A stretch of DNA of 59,852 nucleotides. It comes from Bacteroidota bacterium (lineage in GTDB: Bacteria > Bacteroidota > Bacteroidia > JAADEI01). Of the stretch, positions 1 through 8,426 are shown piece by piece; within the stretch, counting starts at the first letter, position 1; every line of letters begins with the position of its first letter. The stretch spans positions 1 through 59,852 of the forward strand of contig JALWYU010000047.1 in NCBI GenBank assembly GCA_026992635.1. The letters are read 5' to 3'. The notes under the pieces are model-generated. The model did not search any database, was not told where the DNA came from, and worked only from the letters and a program-made list of their open reading frames with translations. Position numbers and translations under genes: made by a program.

Positions 1-42
1 GCTATGTGGGGGTGGGGTTGGGCTAAGCGTTGCTTTTGCTAG

Positions 43-346
43 CTTGGTGTATCGTTGTATGTTCCGGATAAATTGTTTGTTCAATGTTTTCAATCGGTTG
101 CTCCAGCCAGGTTTGCTGACAGGTAGTCTGTTGCAGACGTTTCACACTTTTCCTTTCTCGGGGAGCCTCATAGGCATTGTTCATCTACCGTTGGGTTTCC
201 CGAAAGGGAATCCTGTGGTGTTTGCAGTTTGTCTGTAGCGCCTGTTCGGAGCGTGGTCTTTGGCAAGTTGTCTTTTGGACGAGAGTGGGTTCAGGTAGTG
301 GAGGGGAACTCTGTTGCCTGAGGAGGGATTATGTTTAATGCAGGGA
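43..346 (+). repeat. Copy A of a ~300-nt conserved intergenic module (candidate structured RNA or portable expression leader) upstream of cassette 1
   Basis: Aligns block by block with 1207-1511. Matching blocks are 112-137 vs 1258-1283 (24/26 identical), 174-235 vs 1359-1418, 271-304 vs 1416-1449 and 304-346 vs 1469-1511. A copy-specific insertion at about 235-270 is bounded by TTGTCT at 229-234 and 268-273. A hairpin at 193-214 is capped by GAAA. TCAGG (291-295) pairs with CCTGA (317-321). The module ends in AGGAGGG-N4-ATG, with the ATG at 331. Confidence 0.8.
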
Positions 347-780
347 CGGAAAACAGAAAGCAACCCATAAAGCTCATGGATGTGTTAATCAATATTAGCG
401 AAGGCGTATTGAAGCGAGTCTCCAGCAAATACAACGATTTACAAGAACTGGATTTGAGAGCCGATCTTTTCATGGAACTCTTCCTGAATTCTCTGTATAG
501 ATTGGTCAGCCGGTTAATCCGGAAAGTTCAACAGGGAGAGCTGAGTGATGAAGAAATGAGCGAGTTGTATGAGGCGTTTTTTCCTGAGGGCAAGCCAAAT
601 ATCCATGAGTTGATTCGTGGGCATGCGGAAGAGATTGCGAAAGTGCTTGACAAAGATACCAGGACATATAGAGAACTGAGGAGGTTATTCAGAGCGCTTC
701 ACAGGCTTGCAGGGCTGGTGGCGCTTTGGCATTACTCTAAGAAAGGAGGAAACACAGAGATTCCCTTAGAAGAGGTATGA
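331..780 (+). CDS. Hypothetical all-helical small protein, possible antitoxin-like partner of the downstream RelE-like ORF. An alternative start is ATG 376 (MDVLINI).
   Basis: 149-aa ORF whose first ATG is the conserved ATG at the end of repeat copy A. It ends 10 nt before the next ORF. I recognise no family. Confidence 0.5.
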   Translation: MFNAGTENRKQPIKLMDVLINISEGVLKRVSSKYNDLQELDLRADLFMELFLNSLYRLVSRLIRKVQQGELSDEEMSELYEAFFPEGKPNIHELIRGHAEEIAKVLDKDTRTYRELRRLFRALHRLAGLVALWHYSKKGGNTEIPLEEV

Positions 781-789
781 GTGTAAGGC

Positions 790-1077
790 ATGGAAAGATT
801 TACGTTAAAGAAAGTTGTTGTTTCTACCTCGCATGCAGAAAGGTTTTTCAAAGATCTTAAGAAGAGGAAGCCAGAGTTGTACAGGAGAATTGTTCGCAAG
901 TTCGGGTATGTGATTAAACACGTGAATAATAATACCAGGCTTCATAAGCAGGCTGATATAGTTAGAATAGGGAGCAAACAATTCTACGTTTTCAAAGTCT
1001 CCGGGATTGAGATTCTATGTGATATTGATTTTTCTGATGGAGTAATTAGAATCGTAGATGTCTATGAATTGGAATAA
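790..1077 (+). CDS. Small RelE/ParE-like (type II toxin-like) protein
   Basis: 95 aa. Size and layout resemble RelE/ParE-fold toxins: a basic N-terminal helix region (FFKDLKKRKPELYRRIVRKF) and a C-terminal beta region (YVFKVSGIEILCDIDFSDGVIRIVDV). It sits downstream of a small helical ORF. The assignment rests on pattern resemblance only. Confidence 0.45.
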   Translation: MERFTLKKVVVSTSHAERFFKDLKKRKPELYRRIVRKFGYVIKHVNNNTRLHKQADIVRIGSKQFYVFKVSGIEILCDIDFSDGVIRIVDVYELE

Positions 1078-1206
1078 ATTTTATTGAATTTTTGTATGCA
1101 ATCGATCATAAATTGCAACACATCTTGTTTTTTTTCTTTTCACTCAGAGCCCTGAGGATTGTTCACAGTTGCAGGGAATGGTTCTCGCTGCAAGCCCAAA
1201 AGAAAG

Positions 1207-1511
1207 TGTGGTATCGTGTGGATTCATCCTGGGTTATGAGAGGCTCTACAGTCCACGTTGCTAACAGGTAGCCTGTTGCAGACCTCTGACGCAAATTTTT
1301 TGGGGACTCTCAAAGAGGTCGTCTACTGGTTTCAGGCTCGCTACGGAGCATTGTTCTGGCATTGTTCATGTACCGTTGGGTTTCCTGAAGGGAATCTTGT
1401 GGTGTTTGCAGTTTGTCTTTTGGGTGCGAGTGGGTTCAGGAAGTGGAGGAGGGGGATGGTTGCAGGGCGGGAACTCGGTTGCCTGAGTAGGGATTATGTT
1501 TAATGCAGGGA
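1207..1511 (+). repeat. Copy B of the ~300-nt conserved module, upstream of cassette 2
   Basis: Same block order as copy A. A copy-specific 19-nt insertion at 1450-1468 lies inside the loop closed by TCAGG (1436-1440) and CCTGA (1482-1486). The hairpin at 1378-1397 has a UGAA loop and G-U wobbles in place of the copy A pairs. The conserved ATG at 1496 opens only a 35-codon uORF (1496-1603), which overlaps the start of the 1536 ORF. Confidence 0.8.
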
Positions 1512-1535
1512 GGGAGGGTGGAAAAATAGTTTCTG

Positions 1536-2018
1536 ATGCTTGCTTTGATGTTTTTTGCTCGGGATACGGATGCAAGGTCTATCTGTCTCAAGATTGCTGT
1601 TGACACTGATAATCTTGCGTTGATTCCAAAAGGTTTGTATCGGGACTGGAAAGAAGTTGTTTACAGGTTAGATAAGGCTGATGCAGGCATTCTGTTGGTG
1701 GTCAATCCGTATGTGCGCATTGACAAGGCGACCATCAAGGATATGCTTTATCTGATGGAACACAAAAAACCTGTATATATGATATTACCTGAGTCGGCTA
1801 AGCATCGCAAAGCATTACAGAAGGTGATTGATCTACTTCGGAAGCGCTATCCTGGATTATTCTTCACCCACTATTACACGGAAGCTAATCCGGAGGAACT
1901 TGTAAGGCAGCTTGTAAATGGCGGGGATCTACAGGAACAGCATGATAAAAAACGGCATGATGAAATATTCTGGGCAATTGTGATTCTTGTGGCGCTACTT
2001 GCTTTGTCCAGACGATGA
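1536..2018 (+). CDS. Hypothetical C-terminally membrane-anchored protein, with possibly a TIR-like/DUF1863-like or deoxyribosyltransferase-like alpha/beta domain
   Basis: 160 aa with a hydrophobic C-terminal helix (IFWAIVILVALLALS). The segment ADAGILLVVNPYVRIDKATIKDMLYLMEHKKPVYMILPES resembles the conserved core of TIR-like/DUF1863 proteins, but weakly. It overlaps the PIN gene by 4 nt. Confidence 0.5.
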   Translation: MLALMFFARDTDARSICLKIAVDTDNLALIPKGLYRDWKEVVYRLDKADAGILLVVNPYVRIDKATIKDMLYLMEHKKPVYMILPESAKHRKALQKVIDLLRKRYPGLFFTHYYTEANPEELVRQLVNGGDLQEQHDKKRHDEIFWAIVILVALLALSRR

Positions 2019-2506
2019 GAGGGCAAATTATCCTTATTTTGGATACCGACGTGTTGATTGATATAGAAATAGAAAAGACGAAACGGAAAAAAGGTCGTGA
2101 TTCAGCAAAAGAGCTCATAAGAATTTTGATTAAAGAGGTTCAGCCTATAGCTATTTGGATACCAAAGGAGGTACAGAGGGAGTTTTACTATAATGTGCCT
2201 CAGGAAGCCGAAAGGATTATGGAGATGTTCATCGCGGTGGCAAGAGCAGTGGATGTTTTTGTTTCAAGATGCCCTATTAGTGATAGAAACTTGAGGACAG
2301 GTATAGCCCGGGAGTACAGGTGGCTTGGTCGTGGTGAGCTGGATGCGATTCATCAAGCCAGGCTGCTTGAAAGAGTTTCCAAATACAAGGATGTGAAAGG
2401 CAAAGTTTTATCAGGCGATAAAGATTTGCTAAATATCAATGAATTTGTCGACTATATAATTGATTGGTCAAATTTCCGCGAAAGGTATGACTTTTTGCTG
2501 GGTTGA
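2015..2506 (+). CDS. PIN-domain nuclease-like protein
   Basis: 163 aa. Acidic residues sit in PIN-like positions: N-terminal ILDTDVLID, central GELDAI and C-terminal SGDKDLL. It has an ATGA-type 4-nt overlap with the upstream ORF. Confidence 0.65.
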   Translation: MRGQIILILDTDVLIDIEIEKTKRKKGRDSAKELIRILIKEVQPIAIWIPKEVQREFYYNVPQEAERIMEMFIAVARAVDVFVSRCPISDRNLRTGIAREYRWLGRGELDAIHQARLLERVSKYKDVKGKVLSGDKDLLNINEFVDYIIDWSNFRERYDFLLG

Positions 2507-2593
2507 AGAGGAATACTTTCGTGTTTCAACGGTTTGCCCATCGGATCATACTGACCAGTAGTTTGAAATTCAGTGAGCATGGTCGTTTTTTTC

Positions 2594-2990
2594 TCACGGC
2601 GTTAGATTCATTAGAGTTTTTTTGAGTTTTTTGAGGAAGGATTCGGTGTGCTGGATCATTTCCTGTGCGCCTTTGAGTCCTGCTTTTAAGATTCCGACCC
2701 TTGTGATGTCCAAGAAATCGCACTCTATATGGAGGATGTCGTAAGCGCTATGTCTGAGCGGGCTGTAGCTTTTAGCGTAGCAGGAAAGCAATTCGTCGTA
2801 TCGTTTCGGCGTTGGGCTGAACCCGTTGCTTCCCACCTTTCTTCAGCTTGTATCTTCGTTTGATGGGTTCTCCGAATGCTCTGGCGATGGCTTCTGCTGC
2901 CGCCAGTTCAACTGCTAAGTAGGCGAGACCGGCGGCTTCGCTGACTTTTTTGGGGTTTTCGGTGCCAGTCTGGAGGCACGCGGTGTTTAA
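2594..2990 (-). pseudogene. Possible frameshifted small gene (helical, vaguely HEPN-like) between cassette 2 and the tRNA
   Basis: Two consecutive minus-strand reading frames are offset by one nt near 2836-2850. The first reads ...KVSEAAGLAYLAVELAAAEAIARAFGEPIKRRYKLKK, and the second reads GSNGFSPTPKRYDELLSCYAKSYSPLRHSAYDILH.... No family could be assigned. Confidence 0.3.
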
Positions 2991-3104
2991 ACTGTTGCGT
3001 GTACATTGATTATGGGTGGTGGGCAGGACAGGGCGAATTCCCGGACTATGCAGGTGTTCTGCCAGACAGGCGGTGTTGTAAACAGAAAGGAGCGGGGAGG
3101 GATG

Positions 3105-3177
3105 TGGGCCCGCCAGGATTCGAACCTGGGACCGATGGATTATGAGTCCACCGCTCTAACCGCTGAGCTACGGGCCC
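3105..3177 (-). tRNA. tRNA with CAU anticodon (elongator Met, or Ile2 if lysidine-modified). CCA is not encoded.
   Basis: The reverse complement reads GGGCCCGTAGCTCAGCGGTTAGAGCGGTGGACTCATAATCCATCGGTCCCAGGTTCGAATCCTGGCGGGCCCA. It has a 7-bp acceptor stem (GGGCCCG/CGGGCCC), a D arm (GCTC..GAGC), an anticodon loop (CTCATAA) and a T arm (CCAGG TTCGAAT CCTGG). Confidence 0.9.
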
Positions 3178-3213
3178 CCCTCTTTTTTCATCTGAAGAGA
3201 AACGTCTGGGTGT

Positions 3214-4002
3214 GTGGGAAAAGTTCCCGGCATGGTGGAAGGTAGGTTTTCCCGGGATCAGGAGGGAGCCTGGGTTCGTCGTGTGATTGCGCTTACTGAT
3301 CATACGTCTTTGCAGATGCGGGATGCGTACCCGCAGATTCAGCGGCATATAGCGTTGATGCGGGGTTTACGTGTGCGGTGGGGCGTAGTGCCTGCTGCTT
3401 TTTGTACGTATGGTCGGCATTTGCCTTATCTGGATGGGGTACGTCGTCTGGGTGTGCGTGTAGCGGTGGTGGTGGGTTTTCCCGATGGTCAGCTGCCAAT
3501 GAGTGCATATTTGGCTGAGGTGCAGTGGTCGGTCAGGTGGCGTGTCCACGAGATTGACGTGGTGCCGTGGTGGGGTGCGTGGTGGTCGGGGCACACTACA
3601 CAGGTTTTGCAGGAGTTACGGTGGCTGGTGGCGCAAGCGCCGTCAGCGGTGTGGAAAGTGATTCTGGAGGTGAATTTGTGGTCGTCGCCCGCAGAATTGT
3701 ACTTTGCCTGTCTGGAAATTTTGCATGAGGTGGATGTGGCGTTTTTGAAGACGTCCACAGGACGGTATGGTGCGCCGACGGTGGATCGTGTTCGTCCTGT
3801 GCTGGAAGCGATTCGGGCGTACTGGCGTGCGACGGGCAAGCGGGTAGGCGTGAAGATTTCAGGGGGGATTCGGACGCTGGCGGATGCGCGCAGGTGGCTG
3901 GACTTAGTTCAGGAGGTTCTGGGTGAGGAGTGGCTTACACCTGAGTATGTGCGGTTGGGTGCGAGTCGTTTGTTGTTTTCGCTGGATTCTCATGCAGGAT
4001 AG
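3214..4002 (+). CDS. deoC: Deoxyribose-phosphate aldolase (DeoC family)
   Basis: Contains IALTDHTSL, VVVGFPDG, the lysine motif FLKTSTGRYGAPT, and VGVKISGGIRT. An alternative start is ATG 3232. Confidence 0.8.
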   Translation: MGKVPGMVEGRFSRDQEGAWVRRVIALTDHTSLQMRDAYPQIQRHIALMRGLRVRWGVVPAAFCTYGRHLPYLDGVRRLGVRVAVVVGFPDGQLPMSAYLAEVQWSVRWRVHEIDVVPWWGAWWSGHTTQVLQELRWLVAQAPSAVWKVILEVNLWSSPAELYFACLEILHEVDVAFLKTSTGRYGAPTVDRVRPVLEAIRAYWRATGKRVGVKISGGIRTLADARRWLDLVQEVLGEEWLTPEYVRLGASRLLFSLDSHAG

Positions 4003-4039
4003 GATGGGATGATTGGTGCAGTTTATTTTGGCTTGGTTT

Positions 4040-6172
4040 TCACCAGGCAAGGAGTTCTTCTATGAGTTGAGGCAGGCGGTTCCAGGGCAGGTAGGCGTCT
4101 TCTAAGGGGGCACTGAAGGGGATGGGTGTGTTGGCGGAGGCGACTCGTCGGATAGGGGCATCCAGGTAGGTGAACAGTTCTTCGGCGATGAATGCACTCC
4201 ATTCGGCGCCCACGCCAAACGTCAGGGAGGGCTCGTAGACAATGAGGACTTTTCCGGTTTTCTGGACGCTGGCACGGATGGTGTTGTGGTCGTAGGGCAG
4301 GAGTGTGCGCAGGTCAATGATTTCGGCGGACACACCCATTTTCTCTGTGATCTCCAGGCATTTGTGCACACCCCATCCGTAGGTGAGGATGGTGAGGTCT
4401 GAGCCTTCGCGGGCAATGCGCGCTTTTCCGATGGGGACGAGATAGGGTTCTTCCGGGACGGGTCCACGCACCGATCGGTACAGGTATTTGTGCTCAAAGT
4501 AGAGGACGGGATTGGGATCGGCAAGTGCACTGAGCAGTAGTCCTTTGGCGTCAAAGGGTGTGGCGGGGTAGACGACTTTCAATCCGGGCACCTGCGTAAA
4601 CCAACCTTCTAAGGAGGCGGAGTGGAAGGGTCCGCCCCGTACACCTGCGCCTGAGGGCATGCGAATGACGACGGGTGCGGGTTGTCGCCATCGCCACCAG
4701 ATTTTCGCCAGGTTCATAGTGATCTGGGTCATGGCGTAGGAGACGAAGTCGCTGAATTGCATTTCCACGATGGCGGGTCGCCCGCCAATTGCCAAGCCCA
4801 GGGCAACGCCCACGATTCCGGATTCACACAGAGGTGTGTTTCGGACACGGTCTTTGCCAAACTGGTGGACGAACCCTTTGGTGACTTTGAATACGCCGCC
4901 GTGCTCAGCGATGTCCTGTCCCATCAGGATGAGTCGTTCGTCCAGTTCCATTGCCTGGCGGAGGGCTTCGTGGATGGCGTCCACATAGCGGAGTGTCCGT
5001 GAATTCTTAGTGGTGGGTGGTTCTGTATAAGTGGGCAGCTGGTGGAGGGGTGTGGGGAATGTATTGGGCGGTGCCCAGACACTTTGCCAGTGTTTTTTCT
5101 GTGGGTTGGGATCGGGCGCGTTGAGTGCTTCGTCTAAGGCGGTGCGGACCTGTTGTTCCAGCTGGTGGCGAATTTCGCTAATCGTCTGTGGGTCAATGAG
5201 TTTTTCTTTGGTGAGGAAGGCGATGAAGGTCTGGACGGGGTCGCGTTGTGCCCACCAGTTGCGCAGGGGTTGTGGTACGTAGTCGGTGCCTGAGGCTTCT
5301 TCGTGGCCGCGCATTCGGAAGGTGACGCATTCCAGGACGAAGGGTTTGCCCTCCTGGAGAATTGTTTGTCGGGCATTGTGGACTGCTTGCATGACTGCCA
5401 GCACGTTATTGCCGTCTATGGATTGGAAGGGGATACCATAGGCGCGGGCACGTTCCGCGAAATAGGTGAGGGCGTATTGTTCGTAGGTGGGTGTAGAGAT
5501 GGCGTAGGCATTGTTTTCAATGATGAAGAGGACGGGCAGTCGCCAGACTGAGGCGATATTGAGTGCTTCGTGGAAGTCGCCTTCACTGGTGGCGCCTTCT
5601 CCGGTGAAGGCAACGACGATTTCGTGCTGGTTGGAGAGGCGCAGTGCGAGAGCGAGTCCGTCGGCAACTGGAAGGTTGGATGAGACGTGTGAGATCATGC
5701 CCACGATCCGGTAGTCGCGCAGTCCGAAGTGGAAGGATCGTTCGCGTCCTTGCGTAAATCCGGTTTCTTTGCCGAGGAGCTGGGCAAAGAGTGGAGTGAG
5801 GGGTACGCCTCTGGTGGTGAAGACGCCCAAGTTGCGGTGCATGGTGAAGAGCCAGACGGAGTTGGGTACGGCTAAGGTGGCTCCGACGGAGATGGCTTCC
5901 TGTCCCCAGGCTGAAAACCATTTGGCAATTTGTCCTTTGCGCAGCGCCAGGAGCATGCGTTCTTCAATGAGTCTGGGCAGGAGGAGGGCTTTCAGGATCC
6001 GGAGCAGTTGCGTGCGATAGGTGTTTATGTAGGGGCGGTAGTCAATGGGCTGGCGTGCGATGGGTGGGACCTGTTTCCACCAGGTTTCAGAGGGTTGGGA
6101 CTGGGGTTGCGTTTGGGTCTGGGTCTGGGCTGGGGAGCTGGTGGTGAGGACGGTCGTGGTGTTTTCGCTCAT
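4040..6172 (-). CDS. Fused 2-oxoacid dehydrogenase E1 component (alpha plus beta subunits in one 710-aa chain)
   Basis: The N-terminal half has a TPP-binding alpha-subunit pattern (GEGATSEGDFHEALNIA, IENNAYAIST). The C-terminal half is beta-subunit-like (MGQDIAEHGGVFKVTKGF, NTPLCESGIVG). The N terminus carries a low-complexity TQTQTQPQSQP tract. Confidence 0.9.
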   Translation of the reverse strand: MSENTTTVLTTSSPAQTQTQTQPQSQPSETWWKQVPPIARQPIDYRPYINTYRTQLLRILKALLLPRLIEERMLLALRKGQIAKWFSAWGQEAISVGATLAVPNSVWLFTMHRNLGVFTTRGVPLTPLFAQLLGKETGFTQGRERSFHFGLRDYRIVGMISHVSSNLPVADGLALALRLSNQHEIVVAFTGEGATSEGDFHEALNIASVWRLPVLFIIENNAYAISTPTYEQYALTYFAERARAYGIPFQSIDGNNVLAVMQAVHNARQTILQEGKPFVLECVTFRMRGHEEASGTDYVPQPLRNWWAQRDPVQTFIAFLTKEKLIDPQTISEIRHQLEQQVRTALDEALNAPDPNPQKKHWQSVWAPPNTFPTPLHQLPTYTEPPTTKNSRTLRYVDAIHEALRQAMELDERLILMGQDIAEHGGVFKVTKGFVHQFGKDRVRNTPLCESGIVGVALGLAIGGRPAIVEMQFSDFVSYAMTQITMNLAKIWWRWRQPAPVVIRMPSGAGVRGGPFHSASLEGWFTQVPGLKVVYPATPFDAKGLLLSALADPNPVLYFEHKYLYRSVRGPVPEEPYLVPIGKARIAREGSDLTILTYGWGVHKCLEITEKMGVSAEIIDLRTLLPYDHNTIRASVQKTGKVLIVYEPSLTFGVGAEWSAFIAEELFTYLDAPIRRVASANTPIPFSAPLEDAYLPWNRLPQLIEELLAW

Positions 6173-6249
6173 TCTGCCGGGGGATTTTCTGGTGGGAAGG
6201 AACCTTTTGCCGGGAAAGAAAGTTTCTCTTTCCGAAAAAAGGCGTATTC

Positions 6250-6507
6250 ATGCCGAATACGAAGAGTGCGAAGCGGGCGTTGCGCAAGAGTTTGCGTCGT
6301 CGTGAGCGGAATTTGCGGATGATCAATCGTGCCAAGAAGCTTTTGAAGGCGTTATTGAAGACGACGGATGTAGAGGAGGCACGTGCGCTGTTGCCGCGGG
6401 TTTATTCTGCGCTGGATAAATTGGCGAAGCGCAATACGTTTCATCCCAATAAGGTGGCGCGGTTGAAACGGCGTGCTATTGCTCATGTCCATCGGCTGGA
6501 GCGATGA
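6250..6507 (+). CDS. rpsT: 30S ribosomal protein S20
   Basis: 85 aa, very basic, with MPNTKSAKRALRKSLRRRERN at the N terminus and LDKLAKRNTFHPNKVARLK. Confidence 0.9.
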   Translation: MPNTKSAKRALRKSLRRRERNLRMINRAKKLLKALLKTTDVEEARALLPRVYSALDKLAKRNTFHPNKVARLKRRAIAHVHRLER

Positions 6508-7552
6508 TCCGGTTTTAGGGGAGGGGTTTGGAGAGGTGGATTCGAGGCTTGCAGACGCATTGGGTGATCGTTCTGAAGATTCTGGCAGGGGTTTGTCTCA
6601 GCCGGTTGCTAAGGAGGAGTTTTTGCGTCGTCATCCGTGGGCGCGGAAAGGCGTTCAGGTTCTGGATAGTTCGGATTGGTGGCTTGTGGTGAATAAGCCG
6701 CCGGGCTGGCTGACGATTCCCGATCGGTGGGTGCCCACGCATCCCAACCTGTATCAGTGGTTGAAGAAGCAGTATGGGGAGGAGGTGTATGTGGTGCATC
6801 GTCTGGACTGGGAGGTGAGTGGCATCAACTTGTTTGCGCGCACGCGTGCGGTTCATCGGCTGTGGAATATTGCGTTTCAGTATCGGTGTGTACGGAAGGT
6901 GTACTTGGCGCTGGTGGAGGGGACGCCTGAGGAACCCGAGGGCAAAATAGAATTGCGGTTGACGGCGCTCTCCAAGCGGAAGCGGAATGTGTACAAGGTA
7001 GGTGGGAAGGAGGGGAAGCCGGCAGTTACGTATTACCGGTTGTTGCGCAGGTATCTGGGTTATAGTTTGTTGCAGGTGGAGCCGTTGACGGGTCGTACGC
7101 ATCAGATTCGCGTGCATTTGAAGGCGATTGGTTTGCCAGTAGTGGGCGATCGGACCTATGGAGGGCATGTGATTTTTGCGCGTCGGCTCAAGCCTGGTCG
7201 GTGGTATACCAAGCGGCGTGGGATAGAGGCTGAAGAAGAGAAGCCGCTGATAGAACGGGCTTTTTTGCATGCGTGGCTGGTGGGTGTACCTGCTCCGGAT
7301 GATCCTGATTATGAGCGGATGGTGTGGTGGCAGGCGCCTTTGTTCAAGGATCTGAAAGTGACTTTGCGTTATCTGGAGCGGTATCGGCGTATAGAGGAAG
7401 GATCAGGGTGTGGGCAGGGCGTGTTGCGGGTTGGCGGGGATTTAGAGGATGTGGACGGGCTTATAGAGGGATTGGCGGATTGGGTTCGTGCGCATCCTCT
7501 GTACGAATTGCGCTCCTTGAAACGCGTCTTGAAAGATGAAGGTGCTGGCTGA
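6473..7552 (+). CDS. RluA/RluD-family pseudouridine synthase
   Basis: Carries the catalytic motif HRLDWEVSGINLFART, and also TGRTHQIRVHL. The start is uncertain because the ORF overlaps the end of rpsT. Confidence 0.85.
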   Translation: MLLLMSIGWSDDPVLGEGFGEVDSRLADALGDRSEDSGRGLSQPVAKEEFLRRHPWARKGVQVLDSSDWWLVVNKPPGWLTIPDRWVPTHPNLYQWLKKQYGEEVYVVHRLDWEVSGINLFARTRAVHRLWNIAFQYRCVRKVYLALVEGTPEEPEGKIELRLTALSKRKRNVYKVGGKEGKPAVTYYRLLRRYLGYSLLQVEPLTGRTHQIRVHLKAIGLPVVGDRTYGGHVIFARRLKPGRWYTKRRGIEAEEEKPLIERAFLHAWLVGVPAPDDPDYERMVWWQAPLFKDLKVTLRYLERYRRIEEGSGCGQGVLRVGGDLEDVDGLIEGLADWVRAHPLYELRSLKRVLKDEGAG

Positions 7553-8423
7553 GCGGGATATTTTGCTTGAGCGTTCAGGTAGTGAAGGAGGGGGTCGTGT
7601 GGCGTTTCTGGTGGATGTCTGGTGGCGGGTTTCGTCGCCGCACTGGGGGTATTTGTTTTTCTTTCATGGTTTTAAGGCGTTTAAGGATTGGGGTCCGTGG
7701 TGGGTGGTTGCCCGTCGGTTTGCCGAGTCGGGTTGGATCACCATTGTTCCCTCTTTTTCGTACAATGGGACGTTGCCGCGGGCGCCCCGTGCGTTCGTTG
7801 CGCCGGATCGGTTTCGCCGGTGGACGTTCTCTGAGGATTTGCGGGATGTGGCGCGCCTGATAGGCTGGCTGGAGGAAAAGACGTTTGTGGTGGATGTTCG
7901 TCCTGAGCGGGATCGGTTTGTGTTTGTGGGGCACAGTCGTGGAGGGCTTGTGGCGTTACAGAGTGCGTGGAAGTGGCGGGACAGGGTGTGTGCGGTTGTG
8001 ACGTGGGGGAGTCCGCATCAACCTTTCAGTACTTTTTCGGAGGAGGAGTTAAAGCGTTGGGCGTCGGAAGGCACGGTTTGGATTGAGAATCGTCGGACGG
8101 GTGAGCGTCTGCCCTATGACTGGGTTGTCTATGAGGATTTTTTGAAGCATCGTGCTGAGCAGGATCCGGCGTTGTTTGGCAAAACGCTCAGTGTTCCTGT
8201 GTTGATTGTGCATGGTTCGGAGGATGAGACGGTTCCGGTTGCGCATGCACGTTGGTTGAAGGGGTATTTCCCGCGTGCGGAGTTGCGGATTGTGGAGGGT
8301 GCAGGGCATACTTTTGGCGGTGGGCATCCCTGGGAAGAGGAGACATTGCCTGCACATCTGGAGCAGGTTGTTGATCATACGCTTGCGTTTTTGTCGGAGC
8401 ATACTGGGGTTCAGGGCAATTAG
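7536..8423 (+). CDS. Alpha/beta-fold hydrolase
   Basis: Has the nucleophile elbow GHSRGG, an acid region HGSEDETVP, and a His region GAGHTF. Confidence 0.7.
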   Translation: MKVLAERDILLERSGSEGGGRVAFLVDVWWRVSSPHWGYLFFFHGFKAFKDWGPWWVVARRFAESGWITIVPSFSYNGTLPRAPRAFVAPDRFRRWTFSEDLRDVARLIGWLEEKTFVVDVRPERDRFVFVGHSRGGLVALQSAWKWRDRVCAVVTWGSPHQPFSTFSEEELKRWASEGTVWIENRRTGERLPYDWVVYEDFLKHRAEQDPALFGKTLSVPVLIVHGSEDETVPVAHARWLKGYFPRAELRIVEGAGHTFGGGHPWEEETLPAHLEQVVDHTLAFLSEHTGVQGN

Positions 8424-8426
8424 GGA

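Noticed and set aside
187-219. Group II intron domain V-like hairpin (34 nt, GAAA loop, bulge)
   Set aside because: It has no AGC-type catalytic triad at the base. No other intron domains or 5' GUGYG were recognised, and no reverse transcriptase ORF is present. The resemblance is superficial.
43-1511. Integron attC sites as an explanation for the repeated module
   Set aside because: At ~300 nt the module is far longer than an attC site. I could not find RYYYAAC/GTTRRRY core pairs at its borders, it is not an overall imperfect palindrome, and no intI is present in the window.
3006-3348. 79-aa plus-strand and 100-aa minus-strand ORFs
   Set aside because: They run through the tRNA gene (3105-3177) and the deoC upstream region. 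They have no coding signature.
6515-7270. 251-aa minus-strand ORF
   Set aside because: It lies antisense to the pseudouridine synthase gene, which has the HRLD and TGRTHQIRVH motifs. It shows the same low-complexity artefact composition.
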